Part shown: one piece after another, positions 20,769 to 27,365 of the stretch
Numbering within the stretch: the stretch's first letter is position 1
Layout of the letters: each line of letters starts with the position of its first letter
From: Vicugna vicugna
Lineage: Eukaryota
Assembly: GCA_013265495.1 (NCBI GenBank)
Contig: MU058824.1
Span: forward strand, 6,219,245-6,246,609
Direction: 5' to 3'
Length of the DNA stretch: 27,365 nt
The notes under the pieces: model-generated
Told to the model about the DNA's origin: nothing
Database searches by the model: none
What the model saw: the letters and a program-made list of their open reading frames with translations, nothing else
Translations under genes and position numbers: made by a program

Positions 20769-21458
20769 ATGATCAGGCTGAGGAACGGGGGAGCAGGACA
20801 GGGTCCCAATATGGGAATGATGAGGCATAAACCTTTGTTCCATCAGGAAGGACGTTCTTTCCTTCACTTTTTCTTACTATCCCACTCACTTTAAGGCATC
20901 TTTTCCTTACACTCAGCTTTATGACAGATTCTTAAGCAGCTTCTATGCTGTGCCTAGACCTTACCACAACCAGCCCAGGACCCAGTACAGCAATAACCCC
21001 TGCCCAAACAGTGCCATTCAGAGTTCAGCCACCTGTAGGAGCCTCTGGTCACTGGGTTCTAAATAACGATTAAGCTGTTGTTTCTTCAGCTTTATTTTCA
21101 GAAAGTATTATACCTGTCTTAACCCTCTTCAGATATAGAAGACCTGTCATCCCTCCTTCTCTAAAGGATATAAAACATTCAGTGAGGGGGAGTGTAGACT
21201 GCTATGCATTTTCATTAAGGCTGAGTTAAGAGGCAGGAGAGGAAGCCTGTCTCCTCAAGCTTCATCAGGGAGGAAATGGGCTTTTAGGGCACATGATACC
21301 TATTTCTCAACAACAGCTCCAGGGCACTGGTCACCTTTTAGCCAAAGTCAAAGGAAGCAAGCAGTAAGAACTGAACTCTCCTTCCCCTACAAACAAGCCG
21401 AGTTACCCCAAATGCATACCCCCAACACCATACACAGAAAAGATATATTAGAGAAACA

Positions 21459-21464
21459 TTTATT
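21459..21464 (-). terminator. Polyadenylation signal AATAAA of SPATA31 gene B
   Basis: tttatt about 33 nt past the stop codon, in a context conserved with gene A. Confidence 0.75.
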
Positions 21465-21496
21465 GGGAAGAATGAATATTCTCCACAAAGAAGGAA

Positions 21497-24400
21497 TTAT
21501 TTTGGAGTGGGAAATTTTCCTCCATGGAAATCCTGGAGAAGCATTTTCTGTCTGAACAGTAGAGACAGATCCCTCAACACAGTGCCTTCAGCAGTGGTGA
21601 CGGCAGCTGGAGGGCCCTGGCCAGCTTGATGCCTGCAGGTGGGGTTCAGATGGGGCACAGGATCCCTACGGGGCACTGGTGGGGGACGTTTCTGACACAA
21701 TAGCTGGTCCTTAAATGCCACAACTTTCTGGGGGTGTCTGTTCTTGTCTCTGATCCGTCTAGCACTTGGAGGATGACTTGGACCAGCAAAGATAGCTTCT
21801 TGACGGCAAGACTTGGTATTTGTCACTTTACAGGAGGGAGCCTCATAGTTGAGAGGATGCCCCGGAACGGGCTCTGCCCGGATCTGCACTTCTGCCTTTT
21901 GCTGAGTTTTCCCAAACTGCACTGGGGAAGGAAGGGGCTCTTGAGAGCAGGTGACATCAGTTGCATGCTGACACCCCAGTTTCTCCTCTAAGAACTTCCC
22001 AATGTCTGTCATGATTTTCTGAGCTTCAGTCGTCCTTGTAAAGGCAGCTTTACTTTTAACGAGGCCTCTGCTCTGGGCAGTTAATATGGGGCTGACTTTT
22101 TTCTGGGGATCTTCTTGCCTTTTGCATTTTACCCCAGGATAAAGCCATTGCAAAAAATGCTTCATTCTTTTTTTGATAAGGCTTTCAGGAGGAGGCTGTC
22201 CCTTCTGTGATAGGGTCTGGGAAGACTTGCTCCCAACTGTCTCTTCAACTGCCATCTCCTGAGTAGGGAAACTCTTACTTTCAGGTTGGGATGTCCCAAG
22301 CCCTGCATCGCCTCCACCAAGCTCTTCTGCTTTGGGTCCCAGAGGGCTCACTCTCTTTGCAGTTGGTGGGAAATTCTTATCCTGGCACCTCCTTAAGACA
22401 TGTTTAGGGACCCAGGTCTCCTGCTGCTGCTCCATCCCGAGTCCTCTATCACCTAAATGGACATGCAGCACCTGGGAAGTGCCCATGTCTCCACCTGAGA
22501 CACCCTGGGTATGAGTCAGTGAGGCTTTGTAAGTCAAGTTATCTGAAGCAAGGGACATGTCAGTAGCTTGGCCTTGAGCCTGGCTAGGTTCCCTGTTCTC
22601 CAATTTAAATTTTAACTCACCAAACAGTTGTTCTTTAAGGTCTAATGATTTAGGATCCGGGGGAACTGCTAGCTTTGGTGGGGGGCTTTTGGTGGTCACA
22701 GTAGTTTCTACTTTACTCTCATTCAGGTTTATCATTTGGGAGCTTCCTGGCTTGCTGGTTGTCAACATACCATTAGTTTTTAATTGAAGAGTCTCGAGCT
22801 CCTCAGCCCTGAATATCTCCCTAGACACTTTGGGCATGGAAACAGGCTGGGACTTCTCCATGTTTTTGCCCTGTTGCTTTTCTGCTCTATCACTGGAACT
22901 CATACTCTGACACTGTGGCTTATCTCTGGCCCCAGCTTGCTTTGCAGGCTGCTTTGGGGGGTGTCTGTTGGCTAGTAGAGCCTGTTTCTGACTTGCTTTC
23001 CCTCTGACACAGTGTGTGACAGGTAGAGGAGTCTGTCTGGCATTCTTAAGTCTCTGAACATCCTCTGCAAGCCCACGGTTGATTTCAGAGCGTGATTGTC
23101 TCAGGACCTTCTGTCCTTCTTTGTCCACAGGTGAGGTGGCAGGGAGAGAATGATCCAGAACAGAGGCTGAGTTTGTTGTTTCCACTATGTCTCCATAAAG
23201 AGATTTAGAGCTTCCTCTAAAGGACCTGAAGCCCCCAGATTTGGAGTCCACCTCAGAAATCACATCGGTCGAAGAAGGGAAGTTGGAATGGGACAAGGAC
23301 TGGGATGAGGCATCTTTCAATTTAAAGATCTCTATGGATTCAGCGACCCTAGGGGGAAGTCCCCACACCATCCTCATACGAAACCTTTTGATATGGGTTT
23401 CCAGCATCTGGTGTGCACTGGAATCAACAAAGGAAAGATCCTGGCAGGTATTCAGGGAGTAGCTCTCATCCACTGATGATGACAAACTTCTCTGTTTTAT
23501 TTGAGTGTGGGATTTCACAGAAAGAAACAATGTCTGCTTAATAGCATGCCATGAACTATGCACAGTCCCAGGGAGCCGGCCCTCACTGATTTCCTCAAAC
23601 TTCTTGCTCAAATGTACTTTCAGGACATTTTCAAGTTGTCTCTGACTTAGACTCCCTGCTAATTCCCTTGAATTTTTCTCTGAGGGACTCTCCATCTGAC
23701 TGTTTAGGTCTTTCTCAGAGTCATACCCCAGATCCTTATCTGGAGAGCTCTTTGGGTCATTCAACAGATGATATTTTGGGCCATTCTCTTGGCTATGTCC
23801 CTGATCCTTCCCCACATCTTCCTCTAGCTGGAGCATTTCTGAGTCCTTCTCATGGAAGCTTCCAGGTTTGCTCAATCCAACATTTAGATTTTTGCTACTC
23901 TGACCCTTAAACACAGAGATCAGTGAAACTCCATCATTGCTCTCTAACTCAGAAATCTCTGAAAATTCTCTTGGAGGCATCATCAGTGACACAGAGTCGT
24001 AGATTCTGCGAGGCAGGCCCCACCGGTGTTGGATGAGCCTCTTCCGAAGGTGATGCTCTAGTTTCTTCCGAAGTTCATCACTGAGAGGAAACTTTCCAGG
24101 AAGGATGGAGACTGAAACATGGGCCAGGGAGGGCCGGGAGTGAGGAGCATCAGAAGCTGATGGACAAAACTCTTCTCGAGATCTTTGGACCACAGAGGGT
24201 AAACCCCACAAACTTTTCTGTTGTTTCTGCAATATGTTCCATTCCAGGTGTTGAATTTCAGATGAGGCAAGAGACTCCGATTCATTCTGAGGTCTATGGA
24301 AACACACTCCACAGATCCTAATCTGGGGTAAAGGACTAGATGGTATGACTGGGAGTGGGGACTGAGACTGGGCCTGGGGCTGGGCCTGAGTGAGAGGTAG

Positions 24401-25808
24401 GGGCTGTGGCTCAGGTACAGTTTGAGGCAAGGGTTCAGGCTGAATCTCAGGCAAGGACAAAGGTAGGGGATGGGGAAGTAGTGGGGATTCTTGGCCTGTG
24501 GAGGTATTCGAGATTCCATTGAAAATAAAGATTGAGGAACCATCACCTGAGACACGAACAGCAGAAGGCAAGGACTCGCTGTGCAGAGATGGAAGACCCC
24601 AGAAGAGCTGGATACGTTTTTGCTGTAAATGGTCCTCTAAGGTCTTAGGATACTGCTGAGGCACATGCAGCTCCTTTGGTTTGTCTCTGCTGCTCCAAAA
24701 AGGAAGGGAGACGGCAGAGTCACGCTTATCAGCCACTGATTCTAACATTTTCCCTGGAGAATTTAGTTGGTAGTTTGGGCTAAGTTGTTTTGGAAAAGAA
24801 TCTTTTTCCTTTTCCTTTTCCTTTTCCTTCCACGTCAGGCAATTGCTCCTTTTTTGGACTTGTCTCTCCAGGAGTGCCAGGACATCAGGGCTGAGAAATG
24901 AGAGGTTACCAGGCTCTACAAGGTTGGCTGCAGGGTCTCCCTCAAAAGAGGCCTCTGAAGAATGGAGAGCAAGAAACTCCTGATTGAAATCACATTGTGC
25001 CAAGGTCGAAGGGAACAAGTCTTTGGCATGAGCCTGCCACCAGAAGTTTGAGACTGACAGGCTTGAATGGTCAATGCCTTTGATTGTTGGGACATAAGTG
25101 GACAGTGCATCTGGGCTATCTGCAGGTGAGTTCTCGGGAATAGGCTTCAGTAAGATGGCAAACGATTTAGACTGAGTGACAGTTAAAGTGCAGTCTGGCT
25201 GTGGTGAAACAGGCAGGGTTGGTGGTGCATGATGACAAGCAAATGAATCAGGGGGATTCACTGCCTGGGACAAAACTGGTAAGGAGTTGATATCTTGGGA
25301 AAAGGTGGGATCAAGAGAGAAGATGGTATTCAGAGGCATCGTGCCCTCTGCTGGGACAACAGGATCTGCTGTCTGAGTGTCATGTGCTAGGAGAGGGGGA
25401 AACGCAAGGGGTTGGGGTGAGGAATAGTCCACTGGGAATTCAGAATCCAAGGAAGGAAAAGGCCCTGGTGCCAGAGAGTGACCCAGAGGTGAGGGTGAAA
25501 AAAAGTCAACTAAGGGGGTCACTGGGTTAGGTGAGAGATTAGAGTGGGGCAGTGGGGAAGGTTCAGACAGGGAGGCTGGTGCTAGGTCTCCTAGAGGGAC
25601 TACTGAGAAGGCAGGGGACAGAGTAAATGATGACTCAGTCACAGGAGATGTAGAAACCAAAGGGGATGCAGAGGAAGTAGCATCTTCCAGGGCCTCCGGG
25701 TACAGCAGCCAGTTGACCTCAGCCGTTGCATTATTACACACCTCACAGAAGGGGTCTGGACATAACAGTTGACGAAAGCGGGTGGTATCATCATGCCGGC
25801 CCAGGGGG
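21497..25808 (-). CDS. SPATA31D1: SPATA31D-like gene B, exon 4 (giant terminal exon)
   Basis: Open frame of about 1436 codons with PTIKGIDHS, DVLALLERQVQKR, QLFWGLPSLHSESL, IRICGVCFHRPQNE, LRKKLEHHLRKRLIQHRWGLPRRI and ELGGGDAGLG, closely resembling recalled SPATA31D proteins. Acceptor ctcctgcag|c. One-to-one orthology to D1 is not established. Confidence 0.92.
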
Positions 25809-26090
25809 CTGCAGGAGACAGGAAGTACAAAGATGCAACCAGGACCAGAACAACGGGAAAAGGATCTGCTGACTTGGCAGGGGTGGCGTCACTTGATGCC
25901 TGCTGCCTCTTCACACCGCTCCACATTCATGACATCACAATATGCTCAATTGTACTCACCTGAAGGTCTTTATTCACATACCTACTCCTATGCTACCCCT
26001 TCCTATGACTACAGCAGGCTGCACTGAATCCCTGGAATTACATAGAACATGCTAAAGAGGGGTCAGGAAAGAAGGGGAAAGACTAGTCAC

Positions 26091-26151
26091 CTTTTCAGAA
26101 TAGAAATCAGCCTCGTTTTCTCCTCTGTTTCTCTCTGGTGACATCTCCAAC
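26091..26151 (-). CDS. SPATA31D1: SPATA31D-like gene B exon 3 (61 bp; GWRCHQRETEEKTRLISILKS)
   Basis: ttcctcag|...gaaaag|gtgact splice sites. Same length and phases as gene A exon 3. Confidence 0.9.
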
Positions 26152-26709
26152 CTGAGGAACCAGGAGAGTGAATTATATGTAAGGAAGGTAGAAGAACAGG
26201 TATTATATAGGAGTCCCTTTATGGGAAACTCTTGGGATACTACACTCTGAGAGACTCAAGGGTTAGTAGATGAGGTCAAATGGTCAGTGATATTAACAAA
26301 GTTCACCTACGTATGCTGCTTCATTTGAAAAGTACTTTCATATATACTATCTCATGTGATGCTCAAAATCACCATGTGAAGCACAGAAATCAGTGTTGCC
26401 TCAGAGAGCAATCTGATCATCCAGGACACAGAAGTTCTGACTCTCAACATCTCACATGGCCACCTGCTGGGAAACACCCATTGCCCAGGTCCATTACTGC
26501 TTGAAGCCCAGCGATGGGCAGAGCAGGGAATCTGAGAAGTGTCTCAGGCTCCAACTGCCTTCCCATGAACCTCTACTCTGAGAGCTCTGGGTTCTGACAG
26601 GGACTGTATCTAGCAAGTGACGTCCTCAGAGATCATGGACATGGGACCTCATGGAAAGGACAGGAAGGGTCACCCTTGGAGAGATCAGGTGGAATAGGCA
26701 GAACTTTAC

Positions 26710-26755
26710 CTTTCGATGTTCCACCTTTCCTTCTCCTCTTGGCTCTGCCCTGATA
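26710..26755 (-). CDS. SPATA31D1: SPATA31D-like gene B exon 2 (46 bp; YQGRAKRRRKGGTSK); exon 1 is outside the window
   Basis: ttctcag|tat...aaag|gtaaag splice sites. 45 of 46 nt are identical to gene A exon 2. Confidence 0.92.
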
Positions 26756-27365
26756 CTGAGAACAAAAAGAAAAGAATGAGGGGCTGAGACTCATTTATCT
26801 CTCCTCTGTGACACTCAGATATTCATTTTCCTTCCTTGAAAAACTCAAAGACTTTTGTCTGTAAGGCCCACACTTGATATTCTCAGTCAGAAGTCATCTG
26901 CTCAAGGAGGGCAGAGAATCTGAGGCCAACAGTCACATCCGTGTCCCTCAGATAGGACCCTGTATCCTGGAGCCCTACCTCCGGACTCTGTTCAGAGGCT
27001 CAGCACTGCTGCCCTGATCAGCCCAACACAAAGGAAGGCTTGGTGGAGAGATTCCTGACATGGGAATGTGACTCATGATCAAGTGCTGGGGAACTCTGTT
27101 CTCTTGCAGAGATCCCAAACTCTCACTAACCCAGGGCCAGGAACTTACTGTTTGGGATTTTACCCTGGAATCCTCTGAAACACTCAGACGGTGTGCGGGC
27201 TTCAAATGGAAGCCTTAGTCCTCCTGAACCCCTAGCCCTGCCTGGTCTATTTTCCTAGAAGGATGGTGTTCTGTCCTCTCCCCAGACTGCACATCTTAGG
27301 TATCTCTCTGAGCCACCCAGACTCATTGAGAAATGGAAACAACAGTAAAGGATATCTGCTGGGGG

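Noticed and set aside
20487..20867. 126-aa minus-strand ORF
   Set aside because: It is the antisense frame over the DNAJB5-like relic, and the real homology is on the + strand.

Overview
Mammalian genomic DNA, probably a camelid or other cetartiodactyl (inferred from the L1 3' UTR type at 1-592 and the absence of Alu, Bov-tA, PRE-1 and CAN SINEs). The window holds two tandem minus-strand SPATA31 (FAM75) family genes with the typical 3 small exons plus 1 giant last exon. Gene A is complete (exons 16582-16797, 12719-12764, 12071-12131, 7495-11791; 1539 aa). Gene B is SPATA31D-like (exons 26710-26755, 26091-26151, 21497-25808; exon 1 lies beyond the right edge). The paralogs are old and diverged but share sharply bounded near-identical tracts, a gene-conversion mosaic that skips exon 3. 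Between them lies a decayed DNAJB5-like exon that the ORF track misses. Intron 1 of gene A carries an unusual 3'-truncated L1 with flanking direct repeats. The left 6.3 kb is L1/L2 debris containing a 40-bp exact templated insertion, followed by a CpG-rich promoter-like region with a 3x19-bp GC-box repeat. No prokaryotic system, CRISPR array or RNA gene was seen. All alignments were made by eye and reference sequences were recalled from memory.
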